Positions 51,891 to 64,000 of a stretch of DNA of 64,000 bases are shown here, one piece after another. A model generated the notes under the pieces. That model had not been told where the DNA came from, did no database searches, and saw only the letters and a program-made list of their open reading frames with translations. This DNA is from Hormiphora californensis (lineage: Eukaryota > Animalia > Ctenophora), in contig CM035354.1 of assembly GCA_020137815.1 (NCBI GenBank), forward strand, positions 124,001 through 188,000, in the 5' to 3' direction. Numbering within the stretch: the first letter of the stretch is position 1; each line of letters begins with the position of its first letter. The position numbers and the translations under genes were made by a program.

Positions 51891-52811
51891 GATAGGTTTC
51901 AGAATGCACGAAGAATACAATACAACTTTTTTTTAAAGTTAAAAATCTCAGCTCGGCCCAAAGGAAAACTTTGGAATGCGCTGCAGCCCCCTCATGCGTG
52001 CACCCCCGCAATTATATTATAAGGGGCCTGCAACGTATGCCAAAGGAAAACTGAAAATTTTGGACTTTGTTGTTTTTCTTGAAAAGCGCTGCCTTATCCC
52101 GCCTTATCCCGCCTGCAACGTTTGCCAATTGTTTTCTTTCTATTGGGGGCCATCAGCGTTTTCAAATTGTTTTCGAGCAAATTTCTGGATCGAGGTGCTT
52201 TTTCTTTCATGCAATACATTCCCTTAGGCCTTACCTCGCACCCTCTTCATGGAGCCTGTACTCTGTAGCATATTTCAAGCTATTCCCTGCTTATTTTGCG
52301 GTACACCAAGCCAAATTTACCGGGCAAAGAAGGCTAAAATGTTAACAGTTTAGTACGTTCTGCTCTGGCTGCCGTGACCGACCCCTCGTGGGAAATTTCC
52401 TCCTCCATACTCCATAGATATCTGTAGAAAAGTTCAAAGGCCTCCAGGATACAACAAGAGACTCCAGGTGACACACCACCGGAGATGATCCACAGTGTGA
52501 GAGATGATGTCACATTTCACAGAGATCCCTGTGCATCTGAGACACCTGATCCATTAGCAATTGCAACTCCCATGAGGTAAAATGTGCACCCCTGTCCGGT
52601 TTCTCATGCTCAGGGATCTCTTATGCATGTGGTGTCTCTTGTTCTTCCGTGCTATGGGTCATCTTCTGTGCGTCACTTGGAGTCTCCTAGAGGCCATGGA
52701 ACTTTTTACGGGTTGCTGGACCTTTGGCATATTACATCAGGGACCCTGGTCGACCGCCATCAAATTATTAACCATTTACATTTAATCTCTAATCTAAATA
52801 TTTTATGCAGG

Positions 52812-55106
52812 ATGTATAAGGCCCCATCCATCCGAGCAATCGACAAAACTTCGATTCACAACATTTGTTCTGGCCAAGTAATTGTGACCCTTGCCACTGC
52901 TGTGAAAGAGCTAGTTGAAAACTCCATCGACGCTCATTCTACGTCAGTTCAAATCACATTCAGGGACTACGGAAAAGTTTCAATTGAGGTCTCAGATGAC
53001 GGATCTGGGATTTCTCCGGAAAACTTCGGGGGACTAACTTTGAAACACCATACATCGAAAATCAGGGACTTTGAAGACATTTCAGAAGTTGGGACATTCG
53101 GTTTCCGTGGTGAGGCGCTGAGCAGTCTGTGTGCCCTGGGAGACCTCTCTGTCACCACCTCAACTGGGGGCGCTGGGAGCCAGATAAAGTATAACCACGA
53201 GGGGAGTATTGTCAGCCAATCAACTTGTGCCAGGGGTAGGGGGACCACGGTCACAATTGAGAATCTGTTCAGCACCCTTCCTGTGAGACACAAAGAGTTT
53301 ATTAAGAACATCAAGAAGGAGTACCACAAGGCGGTGGATGGGCTTCAGGCGTATGCGATGATTTCTACTAATGTCAGGTTGCACTGTGTGAACATTGTAA
53401 ACAAGAGGAAACAGGTGGTGTTTTCAACTCAAAGTAAATCCTCTTTGAAAGAAAATGTTATCAGTATTTTAAGTGGCCAGATCTATCGAAATCTCACTCC
53501 ACTCTCATTTGAAGAAGGTGTTTTCAAGGTAACTGGGTATATCTCTAAGCCCCTTCCCAAGCATGGTCGAGGGTCGGCTGACAAGCAGTATTTCTTCATC
53601 AATAACCGACCTTGTGATCATGACAAACTTGCTAAAACTGTTAACTCTGCCTTCCGGCAATACGAGAAGTTCCAGTACCCCGTGTGTGTTGTGGTCATTG
53701 AAATTAGGACCGATCACTTGGATGTCAACGTCACGCCGGACAAACGGAAAATGTTCCTGGAAAATGAGAATATCCTGCTGACTGCGTTCTCCTCTCATCT
53801 TGATGAGGTGTTCCAGAAATTTGCTGGAGTATTCTTGGATCAAACCACCCAACTTTCCCTTCCTTTTACGACTCCAACCGCGACACCCGACTCTACTCCT
53901 AGCACCATGACACCCATTACTCCTTCATCAAATAAACCACCGGGCGGAGGTGAGGTATTGTTCTTGAACACCATTCCAGATCTCCCATCCTCCTCTCATG
54001 TTCTCCCTGCTACGCCCACATCCCAGGAGAGCTATACAGGAGAATCTCCCAGTGCTGGTAGTGACGATGTGATCTTAGAGTTATTTGAACCCGACGGTGT
54101 TGCTCCAGATGATGGCGAACTGAAAGTTGAGATATTCGAACCATCTTTTGATACGATCTCTACTGGGGGCATGCAAATTGAGATGTTTGAACGTGATCCG
54201 CCCACGCAGGAAGTTGGAATAAAAGGTGAACCCAGCCAGGAAGTTCACATAGTTTCTCCGCAACTGTCAGCTGACCTTGTAATAATTGAACCTACTAAAC
54301 CTTGTACCACTGTTGATCATCTTGATGTGCCTTTAGTTCGTCGCAAAAAAGAGGTCCCATTTGCGTTTGATCCTAGTTATCTGAGAAAACGTCGCCGAAC
54401 ATCTTGTGATCAGGAAAGTGACGAACCAGCGGTCCATTTTGTACACCAAGTTACAACTGATTCATCTGCCGAGAAGGAGCTCAGTCAAACAATCACTAAA
54501 TCCATGTTTAGAGATATGACAATCCTGGGGCAGTTTAATTTGGGATTTATCTTGACACGTCTAAACAGTAACTTGTTCATTATTGACCAGCACGCTACGG
54601 ATGAAAAGTACCGATTTGAAACCCTGAAACGGGAGACAAAGATTGAAAGTCAGAAACTGGTGTGCCCTAAGCCCCTTCGAACACTAAACGGTGCCCAGGA
54701 AGATCTCCTAATTTCGTACCTTCACATTTTCAACAAGAACGGTTTTGAGTTTCGTATTAACGAGGAGGGTACTCCCGGTACACGAGTTGCTCTAACAGCC
54801 CTGCCTCGCAGTAAATCACTTGTTTTTGACGAGGGAGATGTGGAGGAGTTGTTGTGGTTGTTATCCGAGGATACAACAGTAAACAGAGAAAACCTCCGAC
54901 CCTCTAAAGTATTCCGAATGTTTGCATCTAGAGCCTGTAGATCTGCGGTGATGGTTGGGACAGCGCTGAGTGGGGCGAGAATGGGTGAGATAGTCGGTCA
55001 CATGGGGGATATGGATCATCCGTGGAACTGCCCCCATGGGAGGCCGACCATGAGACACCTTGTCGATCTTAATAGGCTTCAACAGAGCAGTGCTGATGAA
55101 CTGTGA
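52812..55106 (+). CDS. PMS2: Mismatch repair endonuclease PMS2 (MutL family), intronless, 764 aa
   Basis: AVKELVENSIDA, TFGFRGEALSSL, DVNVTPDKR, DQHATDEKYRFE, ASRACR, CPHGRP. True start follows the acceptor tgcag|gATG. Confidence 0.96.
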   Translation: MYKAPSIRAIDKTSIHNICSGQVIVTLATAVKELVENSIDAHSTSVQITFRDYGKVSIEVSDDGSGISPENFGGLTLKHHTSKIRDFEDISEVGTFGFRGEALSSLCALGDLSVTTSTGGAGSQIKYNHEGSIVSQSTCARGRGTTVTIENLFSTLPVRHKEFIKNIKKEYHKAVDGLQAYAMISTNVRLHCVNIVNKRKQVVFSTQSKSSLKENVISILSGQIYRNLTPLSFEEGVFKVTGYISKPLPKHGRGSADKQYFFINNRPCDHDKLAKTVNSAFRQYEKFQYPVCVVVIEIRTDHLDVNVTPDKRKMFLENENILLTAFSSHLDEVFQKFAGVFLDQTTQLSLPFTTPTATPDSTPSTMTPITPSSNKPPGGGEVLFLNTIPDLPSSSHVLPATPTSQESYTGESPSAGSDDVILELFEPDGVAPDDGELKVEIFEPSFDTISTGGMQIEMFERDPPTQEVGIKGEPSQEVHIVSPQLSADLVIIEPTKPCTTVDHLDVPLVRRKKEVPFAFDPSYLRKRRRTSCDQESDEPAVHFVHQVTTDSSAEKELSQTITKSMFRDMTILGQFNLGFILTRLNSNLFIIDQHATDEKYRFETLKRETKIESQKLVCPKPLRTLNGAQEDLLISYLHIFNKNGFEFRINEEGTPGTRVALTALPRSKSLVFDEGDVEELLWLLSEDTTVNRENLRPSKVFRMFASRACRSAVMVGTALSGARMGEIVGHMGDMDHPWNCPHGRPTMRHLVDLNRLQQSSADEL

Positions 55107-55210
55107 ATTGTGGTTTCTTATTGTTTAGTGATTTGTTTTTACATGCTTAATAACAATGTGTTTTAATAACCAAACCACTTACTTCCCCTCACTCCTCCCT
55201 AGTTCTCGTT

Positions 55211-56042
55211 ATGTCTAAAATCAGTACCCAACACATGCACAAACAACGGAAGGAGACGAGTAGTAGGGTTCTCCTTCAGAATATCTCAAAGAACAGTGAC
55301 TCAGTGAGTTATTCTGATTCCTGCTTTCGATCTTTATAGCCAGTTTTTTAATCCACACCCTTTTTAATTTCCGGACTAACTCCTAACCATTCCTTCTCTC
55401 TTTACAGAAACCAGGTACTGTCTCTGACGACTCATGCCCCTCTTCTCCTCCTCGTCTCCGGCGTAAAGCGACAACAAGAAGGAAACTTGCTCGGCAAAAG
55501 AGGGTCGAGCTAGGCAAAAGGAAACCTGTCCCAGTCTTTGAATCTGACTCAGAAGATGACTTCAGCCCCTCGCCAGAAGAAAAGTAAGTGATACTGAGTT
55601 TCACATGAAACACTACTTAGTAGTCTTGAATCTGCAGATCAGATAGTTGGTACTGGCAGCAGTTCAATCTCTGTTGAATCTAATTTGAGATTGCGTGGCA
55701 GTTAACTAACCATTCTATCAATGCTTTAGGAGCCGTAAACGGAAGCTAAAACGTCACCCCGCTACCCCTACCATCCAGAATTATTTCTTCGGCAGCCAGA
55801 GAAGACCTAACTTTGGTTCTGACTCGGGTTCTGACTGCCCAGGCTCCGATTCCCCTCGTCCTGTCAACCTATCCTTCGTACTGAACACGAACCTCAACCC
55901 CGACGATGTGATCAGTAGTGAGGAGGATGTTACCTGCACCCCACCAGGGCGGGTAACAGTACTGGAAAAGAGGAAAAAGAGGAAACTGGAAAGGTCATTT
56001 TCTCTGGAGTGGCCATATTTTCTTGACAAATACTTGAAATAG
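55211..56042 (+). CDS. Truncated paralog 1 of the HACE1-like N-terminus (exons 55211-55303, 55408-55583, 55730-56042)
   Basis: Open spliced frame MSKIST...DSEDDFSPSPEEK SRKRKLKR...YLK*, homologous to exons 1-3 of the 58247 gene. Confidence 0.65.
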
Positions 56043-56366
56043 GTCAAATGGTTCAACAAAAACAGTGTTTGAGAACATTTCCAGGTGGTTAATCAATTTT
56101 GATTTGAGTTTTTTGAGTGTATATATCAGAGTCATGAGACTAAATTTCGGTTCATTTTTTTGCAATCACGTACCTATGTATGATCCCTGTATGATGTTGT
56201 TGTTTTTAGTTTGTCTTTTGAAGATCGTGTGATGCCCAACATTGAAATTTGATCAACAAATTCTTGTTCATTGCTTTAAAGTTTATAATTAACGTACCCA
56301 ATTCATTTAGCTTTGATTTACTTAACACAAACCACTAACTTCCCCTGCTCCTCTCTAGCCCCCTTT

Positions 56367-57844
56367 ATGTCTAAAAGCAGCACCAGACAACAGAACCGAA
56401 AAGTTAAGTTAGGGACCAGAGTTCTCCGAGCACAACTCCAGAACGCCAAGAATTCATCTACCTCAGTAAGTTAAACCGATTCTTGTTCTTTTACCAACTG
56501 TTTCAACCCAGTCAGTTTTTCTACCACGCTCTTTTTAACTAATTCCTAACATGTCCTCCTTTCTTTACAGAACTCGGGTATTGCCTCCAAGAAGCCGGGT
56601 CCCTCTATCTCACCCAAAAGAACCAAGCTCACTGTTGTTGAAGCTAACTCAGAAGATGATTTCACCCCCTCTCCTGCAGAAATGTAGGTTTAACCCTAGA
56701 GTTTTACATGAAACAACTTAGAAGGGGTTGGTCTTGTCTTAACTCTGCAGCAAATAGCTCGTTTTTGCAGCAGGTGCAGTTGCTCAGTCCGGTCGGGGTT
56801 TCTACTTTGTGTAGCGCGCGAAGACTACAATGGTAGAATCTTCGCGCCAACTGAAACACAAACATAGGCAACTCATGGCTCATGAATCCGCATGCACTTA
56901 CAGTTACAAACTAACAATTATTTCACCATTTCAGGAGCCGTATTCGTAAAAGAAAGCTGAAACGTCGCCCTACCTCTATCTCCCCGATCCTGAAGAACAA
57001 GGATCTGTTCGACAGTCAGATATCGACCACTCCTGAATCTACATCTACTGACTCCTGCAGCTCCCATACTACTGTTGACCTTTCCCCAATTCAGAATCCT
57101 AACCAACCTTTAAACCAAAAAGATTTCAATTCGAGCAGTAGTGAGGAAGAGGAGGAGCTTCCTCCCACCCCGCCTGAACGGGTAGCAGAACTAGAGAGGA
57201 GGAAAAAGAAGCCGGACTTAGCTGAAGAAGCTGTTCGGATCAGTGACTTTGCTTCTGGTCAGGTCTTCCGGCGTCCTCGAGTGGTTAGTTCGGATGAAGA
57301 GGTCTTACTGAATGGTGTAAAAAGTGGTACCTCTACGATTGATACAGGTCAGACGTTGTCAGACGACCCTCCCTCAAAAGCAGCTGATGGTGACGAGGAG
57401 CTGATGATCGTGAGGCGGAAAAAGAAACGTAAGTGATGGTCCTTTTAGTAGTGACCGTTTGTGTGGTTTATACTGTAGGAGTCTCCCCACCCCTTGGAGT
57501 TTACATGATAGTGTGAGCCACTTTAAACCATCCATTCCCGTGCTCAGTACCACCCTCTTTTCCCAGCAGGCAAGACAATACCAGTGTTTATGCAGAAAGA
57601 AAATCCTCAACGCAGGAGAAGGGCATTTGATAAGAACGATAATGGATACAACGATGATGTCGCCTGTTATCAGGATCGTGATGAAGATTTTAGTTTCATA
57701 GTTCATGACGAGGATGACAGTTCTAGTTCGTCAGAAGATAGCCAAGACGAGGAGATTCGAGGTAGGGTTATGAAGAGAGCTTTCAATCCACTGAACACGC
57801 AGGAGGACCCTGTAGATTGCGATGAGGAGGAGGAGGAGAGATAG
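56367..57844 (+). CDS. Truncated paralog 2 of the HACE1-like N-terminus (4 exons)
   Basis: MSKSSTRQQNRKVKL...RKRKLKRRPTSISPILKNK...YNDDVACYQDRDEDFSF...EEEEER*. Splice phases conserved. Confidence 0.7.
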
Positions 57845-58246
57845 AGGACTGTAATGGCGATATTTTCTGAATAAATACTTGAAATAGGGCAAATCAGTGT
57901 TTGAAAAAACTCCCCGGTAACATTTTGATTTGAATTTCCCCCGAAAATACGCCACAAATACAAAATTGCTAGTAAATTAGTTTGCATTGTTGTAGGAAAG
58001 TGTCCGGATGTTGCCCCTCTAACTCTCTGAGGGCTAGAACTGAGAGAATCATGATATAAGGTTGACGTATTCTTTTGTTTATTTGTGTGACTTCTAACAT
58101 TAATAATTGTTAAACAGATTCATTGCTTCATTTTCATTGCTTTAAAGTTTATAATTTATGTTCCTAGTTCATATAGCTTTGATGTGTTAACGATTTGTTA
58201 GAATAACCAAACCACTAACCTCCCCCGCTCCACTCTAGCCCCCTTT

Positions 58247-61200
58247 ATGTCTAAAATCAGCACCAGACAGCAGAACCGAAAAGTTAAATTAAGGACCAGG
58301 GTTCTCCGAGCACAACTCCAGAACGCCAAGAATTCATCTGCCTCAGTGAGTTAAACCGATTCTATTAACTCTTTCAACCCAGTAAGTTTTCCTTCCATCA
58401 CCTTTTTCACTTTCAGACTAACTCCTAACCCACCTCCCTCCACTCTTTACAGAACTCGGGTACTGCTTCAGACGAGCCAGGTCCCTCAACCTCTTCTCGG
58501 CCCCGACGTAAAGCACCCAAAAGAACTAATAAACCCACTGTTGTTCTATCTGACTCTGAGGACGATTTCAGCCCCTCTCCCGTAGAGAAGTAGGTTTTAT
58601 CCTAGAGTTTCATATGAAATAACAGGCAACTTATATGTAAAGTGGGTTGGCCCGCGGCAGATGGCTCGTTTTTGCAGTTGCCGCAGTTGCCAAGTCCCGA
58701 AGTACGTTTCACTGTCTTGGTTTCTGTAGCGAGCAAAGACCACAACAGTAGAATCTTCACTCGTCCTGAAACACAAACATGGCTCAGCATCTGCTAAACT
58801 TAAATATGAATCTGCATGATTTACTGCATTGTAGATTCATGCGTTCAGGGCGCGGTGAAACAGGGTCAAGCAAGGCAATTAACTGTAAAGTACCTTGCTT
58901 GACCCTGTTTCACCGTGCCCCGAATAGAACGAGAAGCAGGGTGTAGAAGAGTCAAAGTCAGAGAGAGAGCATGAATGTACAAAAACACATCACCCTCTTT
59001 TACAAACTGTTCCAAACTAACCATTCTTCTAACCATTTTAGGAGCCGTAAACGAAAGCTGAAACGTCGCCCTACCTCCATCTCCCCGATCCTGAAGAACA
59101 AGGAATTGTTTGACAGCCAGAGAAGCACTACCCCAGATTCTACATCTGCCGATTCCAGCTCCCCTAGTCCTACTCCTGCTGACCCTCCCTCTAACCAGCC
59201 CATTCCCTCCACTGCTGTTAACCCCAACGATATCATTACGAGTAGTAGTGAGGAGGAGCTTCCCAACACCCCACCAGAACGTGTAACCGAGTTAGAGAGG
59301 AGAAGGAAAAGGATGGATTTGTGTGAGCAAGCTGTGAGGAATAGCGACTTTGCTTCTGGGCAAGTCTACCGGGATCCTCGGGTAGTAAGCACCTCAGAGG
59401 AGGAATCAGGGAGTGGTAACAATAGTGGTGCCTCTACTTCTACCATCGATACTGATCAGACGCTATCAGATGACCCTCCCTCGACTTCTAAAGGAGCTGA
59501 CAGTGATGAGGAATCGATGGTAGTCAACCGGAGAAAGAAACGTAAGTTTAGAAGCAGTTTTATTTAGAAATATTAAATAAGATTTCCATTTATGTTGTTC
59601 TGAACAATTTTCACACTGCAGACCTGTCATTCCCAGTTTTTTTGAATTGTTCATACTTTCTTTTTATTCTAAGCACGGACACAGTGTCAGGCGACTCAAC
59701 AGTTATTTACAACAATTATTATAGGGTGAATACTAAACCATCCAACCACGTGCTCACTTTCACCTCTTCCTCTCAGCAAAGAAACTGCCGATTTATTGGC
59801 GGAGAGAAAATGAAAGAAAAGGAAAAAGAAGAGCCTTCGACCGTAATGACCACGCATACAACGATGATGTCGCCTGTTATCAAGACCGGGACGAAGATTT
59901 CAGCTTTGTTGTCCATGAGGAGGAGGAGAGTTCATCAGGAGACGAGGAGGAGGTTCGGGGTAGAAAGAGAGCTGCCAATCCACTAGATAGCCAGGATCCT
60001 GTGGAGTGGGGGGAGGTCCCTGAGAGAGAGGATACTCCCCCTCCCGAGCCGAGAAGTAAGTACTAGTAACAGATACTCTAATACCCGGTGGCCAGTGCAG
60101 AGAGTTTGGTTCTGAAACAAACAAATTTGCTTTCCTTTTACCCCCATTGCATTGACCGTCTCATAACAGTATCTAATTTCTTTGCAGCGAGTAAAAGGAA
60201 GAGAGGGATCACTGCAGAGAAGGTCGAGGTTCCCCTGAAGGACCCTAAAGTTATTGAGTTTAACGACGAGGAAGAGTGCCCCGAAGATCACCCACTCCAC
60301 TCTGTAATAATGTGAGTTTTGGGCTTTCGCTGAACTTTCCCGAATCCTCATTTCACGCTTTTAAGACCTGCTTTTTTCACTTTTCTGACATTTCTTCTCC
60401 AAAAGGAATAAAACGCACAAATACGGATCCCTGACTGCGAGCGAGTTGGGTCAGGTTGACCTTTCCACGGTGTTTCAAGTCGTTTGCCACTGTGAGAACA
60501 CTACCCTCCTGGATGAGATTTTAAACAAAAGAAGTAAGGAAAGGTTTCGCGAAAGTACTCTGACCTGGACCAGCTTATCAAACAAAAAAACGTATCCATC
60601 AATATTTAATAGTTTACTACCTCCTCCCCTTTTTCAATTCCGTAACGCCTATACCTTATCATCCGTATCCCCCCAGAGTTTAAGAATCTACTCAAAAGGA
60701 GCACGAATGAGAAGACGGTGGTAGATTACGCCATAATAAACAACCGTTCTGACATCCTAAAACTTCTCCTGGACCACCTATATGAAGATAAAGTTGAGGA
60801 GAAATCCATCGTCAGAGCCCTCTCCAGGTATTTTGGTTTAGCTTGTTGGAAAGTCCCTCGTTGCTATATTTGCCATTTGGCCCCGAAACATGGCAATATA
60901 AAAATTGGAAACATTTTCAATCGACTAATCGTTCTCCCTACTACAGGTCAATCCACTATCTGGTTACTCCTGGGGCCGAGTGTCTCAAGGTGATCCAAGA
61001 GTGGGGCGAGAGGTGCGGATATCCTCTCATTCTCGCCGAACTGCTAAAATGCTCAAACCACCGACACCCTGGAAAGCTCAAAACGTTCTACAGTAAGTCA
61101 CAAAACAAATTGACAATAAATTACAAACCACAACAGGAATATTTCATTTTATAATATCCCCCTGTTTTCGCAGAGGAGATCGGTTCGACTGCTAACCTGG

Positions 61201-63856
61201 ATATCCTGAATCTGTTTATGGAGGAAGCTGAACAAGACTTCACCAACCCCGATCTTCCCTGCTCTGAACTCCTCATTTCTTGTCTTGACGATGATAACTC
61301 TCCGCAACTATGGGAGGAGGAAGAAGGGAGATGTGTGGAGTTCCTCACTAAGCTTACTAAGGTTCAGGGGTTGCTAAAAATGAGGATATCCTCCTATGAT
61401 GATGAAGATACCGGAGAGAGGATGGATTTGGATGTGATCGATCTGGCTTGTATGAACGGTGAGTGCTGGATGTTTCAGTCCCTAAACAAGAATTATTGCA
61501 TTATGTATTCATAATGCGGTGTTTCCCTGCCAAATGGTTTTAAAATTGATGAATAAGCTTCAAAACTGGATTTCCTGATGAATTTTGTGCTCAAAGAGTA
61601 TTTTTGGCTGATGCGATGTTGGTTACTAAGGTAACTAGGTAAGTTGCTATGGTAACCAAAGGCAGTTGCTATGGTAACCAAAGCAATTCCTATGGTAACC
61701 AGGACAGTTGCTATGGCAACCAAGTCAGTTGCTTAGGAGACCCCAGTTGGTTACCAAGTGCTTCAACTTTAACCGCATCTCAACTTGAGTCACTAGTGTG
61801 GCAGTAGTTTCATGCTTGGAAGACGTTCTATCACTTCATAGCATGGCTGTAGGGCGCCCAAAGTGATTTCAGGTGATAGTGGGAAGTGCTATCAGCGAGT
61901 AATTGTGCGCCACAATGTGTGTTAATCATTTCCTTTGTTGAATCAACGAAGCGTGAGATGAAAGTTTTATGAAGGAGCAGACTTGTTGTTAGGCGTTGTC
62001 CGTGACGGACGGACGGACGGACGGACGGACGGACACTTTTAGTTAACTACACAATCTGCTGATTTCTAAACCCTGAATGATCTTTTTAGCACGTGCGTGC
62101 TAAAAAGATCATCCCGGGTGATTGCCTTCGGCAATCACCCGGGCAGGGAAAAAATGTCTTCTTCTAACGTAATATGGTGTCTACTCGTGCGGGTACGACA
62201 GGGATCTTAGTACTCCGAGCCCAATAACACACCCCTATCACACTTGACTCCCTTTTTAGGTATTCCTGCTGCTCTAAAGATCATGTTGCCCCATGCCGGG
62301 CAAATAAACTCCAGGTCCAGGACGGGGAACAGCTGGAGTAAACTTACAACCCTCCATCGAGTGGTTGTAGAAAACACTCCGAGTCACAGGGAGTGTGTTA
62401 AATTGTTAGCGGAGCATCGTCCTGCTGATCTTCTTGCAGTCGACAGGTTAGGAGGAAAGCTTGTGCCAATGAATCTCCAACCTCCCCTTACAATATTTTC
62501 TGGCCTTTCTCTCCCCTCTTTCTCTTATGCCTCCCTCTTTGCAATCTATATGTCTCCTCTAACTACACCATATTGTTAGTGGTGATTCCGAAAGGATGAT
62601 CCGGCACTATGCTGTCTCGCCTGTTCGGCGAGACTTGGCTGTGTGACTGTTTACAGTCCCAGATGAGCGGCCCAAACCAAACCAAACCATATTGTTACAG
62701 GTTTGGTTGGACTCCTACCATGTACGCGGTGTTCAAGGACCATTGGGAGATGGTGGAAATTACACTCCGAGGACCGATGCAAACCAACTCCGAAACCCTG
62801 TTCAAGTCAATTAAGAAAATTGCCGAGCAGATCGCTAAGGACGGGATGTAAGTACCAGTTTAGTAACAAAGAAGATAGAAGCACCAAACACTGAATGTAT
62901 CTCCCAATCACCTAAAACTGCATGTATTGCATCTCCGCTCACTGAATCAGTTATTGTACTTGTCTTGTTCGAGTTTGAACAAAACAATATTGTACTTGTA
63001 TTCCAGGTGTGTATCAGACAAAGAGAAGAACAGGTCAATGATAGAGAAGCTGGTTGACTACATGGCCAGTCAAGAGGAGTTCCGTGACCTGCTAAACTCG
63101 GTCCTAAGTGAGGCATACCGGAATCTGACCACAAGATCAGCTCATGATAAGGAGCTGTGGGAGTGGTTCGTGGTACGATACCCCCGACTCTTTACACTCG
63201 GTAGGGAATGAACTCTTTTTTTTAATTACTTTGAACCATTTTGGACCATTTTGGACCGAGGGAGTCTGAACTAACATCTTCATTCAGATGTGCGCCTGGA
63301 GATCATGCGGAATAGAATCACTCCTACTCACAGCTGGAAGTCAGCTGACCTTAAAATCCGGAGGAATGCCTATCTGAGTGAACTGATGAAGGAGAAGGGA
63401 AAACTGGAGGGGGCTCACGTGGTTACTGTGTCATTTCTAGGGGAGGCTGGAGCGGGACTAGGTTAGTTGATCACACTAAGTACATGATCATACCATGACC
63501 AAATACACGATCAGTAATTACAACAAATACACGATCACAACAAATTCATGATTAGTATTACACGACAAAGAGTTCTGTGCCCCTCCTTTTGCAGCATATC
63601 CGAGCTTCCCTTCTGATCTTCATTTGTGAACCCCCCCCCCCCCTCAGGTGTAACGAAGGAGTTCTTCTCTCTGTTTGGAAGTACAGTTACCAACTCATAC
63701 CTCCACAACAACGAGAAGTGTGAGCGGTTGTTCACTGTGAACGAGCACGGGTTGGCAGTCTTTAGTTACCTGCCCGCTTTCTACCGGAAATCACAAGTCG
63801 AGAACAATATCAAGGAGTCAGACTTTAAAACTACACTGAATGATCTGCTGGACAAG
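58247..63856 (+). CDS. Ankyrin-repeat HECT E3 ubiquitin ligase (HACE1-like) with long low-complexity N-terminus; >=14 exons, continues past window end
   Basis: Ankyrin-like VDYAIINNRSDILKLLLDH and DRFGWTPTMYAVFKDHWEMVEITL. HECT entry motif VSFLGEAGAGLG|VTKEFFSL across exons 63288-63471 and 63648-63856. Confidence 0.75.
58848..58922. mobile_element. Hairpin MITE of an intron-resident family (fragments GGGTCGAGCAAGGCAA at ~2899, 44318, 44767, 45148)
   Basis: gggcgcggtgaaacagggtcaagcaagg ... ccttgcttgaccctgtttcaccgtgccc. Confidence 0.7.
61600..62155. mobile_element. Helentron/HINE-like intronic element with GTTGCTATGGTAAC tandem repeats, (GGAC)n microsatellite and terminal hairpins
   Basis: 21-bp repeats at 61640-61760; (acgg)n at 62005-62035; hairpins atctttttagcacg-cgtgctaaaaagat and cccgggtgattgcc-ttc-ggcaatcacccggg. 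Left boundary uncertain. Confidence 0.55.
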
Positions 63857-64000
63857 TAAGTGTCGTTAAAAACATTCACTGAAACCTGAGGCTGCCGATC
63901 GTCCATTCAAATAACGGCCTCCATCACCTATGATAGTCGGACTAGTAGTCTATATCATACAGATACTTTGGTGACGAAGTTACCCCTCCCTTGCCGGTGC

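Noticed and set aside
52584-52811. 76-aa N-terminal extension of PMS2 in the ORF track
   Set aside because: It has a non-ATG start and no MutL similarity, and an acceptor sits just before MYKAPSI.
55681-55689. TAATTTGAG match to the leader 3' end
   Set aside because: It is only 9 nt, intronic, and expected by chance in AT-rich DNA.

Overview
Intron-rich eukaryotic genomic DNA, most likely from a ctenophore (pleurobrachiid type, inferred from a spliced-leader-like 41-mer that I recognise from memory and that needs a database check). Host genes: myosin I (5' part, minus), Rap GTPase (+), a Sec14/spectrin/DH-PH RhoGEF (-), a ZIP metal transporter (-), NET1/ARHGEF3-like RhoGEF (-), TMEM70 (-), intronless PMS2 (+), and an ankyrin-HECT (HACE1-like) ligase (+) preceded by two truncated but open tandem copies of its 5' exons. 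The rest is nested transposons: CRE-like, L2/CR1-group LINEs, an ORF1-only element, and Kolobok-, Chapaev-, hAT-, Tc1/pogo-, Crypton- and Helentron-like non-autonomous elements. Main finding: two unrelated full-length LINEs 25 kb apart start at their exact 5' ends with the same 41-nt sequence (TTTCAAACTTTTCAACACTACTTTAAACAAATTAATTTGAG) joined in mRNA fashion. This suggests LINEs that are SL trans-spliced and reinsert with the leader. Other highlights: a 33-bp tandem array of in-frame splice donors in the myosin gene, an operon-like PMS2/HACE cluster, and covarying multi-hairpin elements. All exon models were read by eye.
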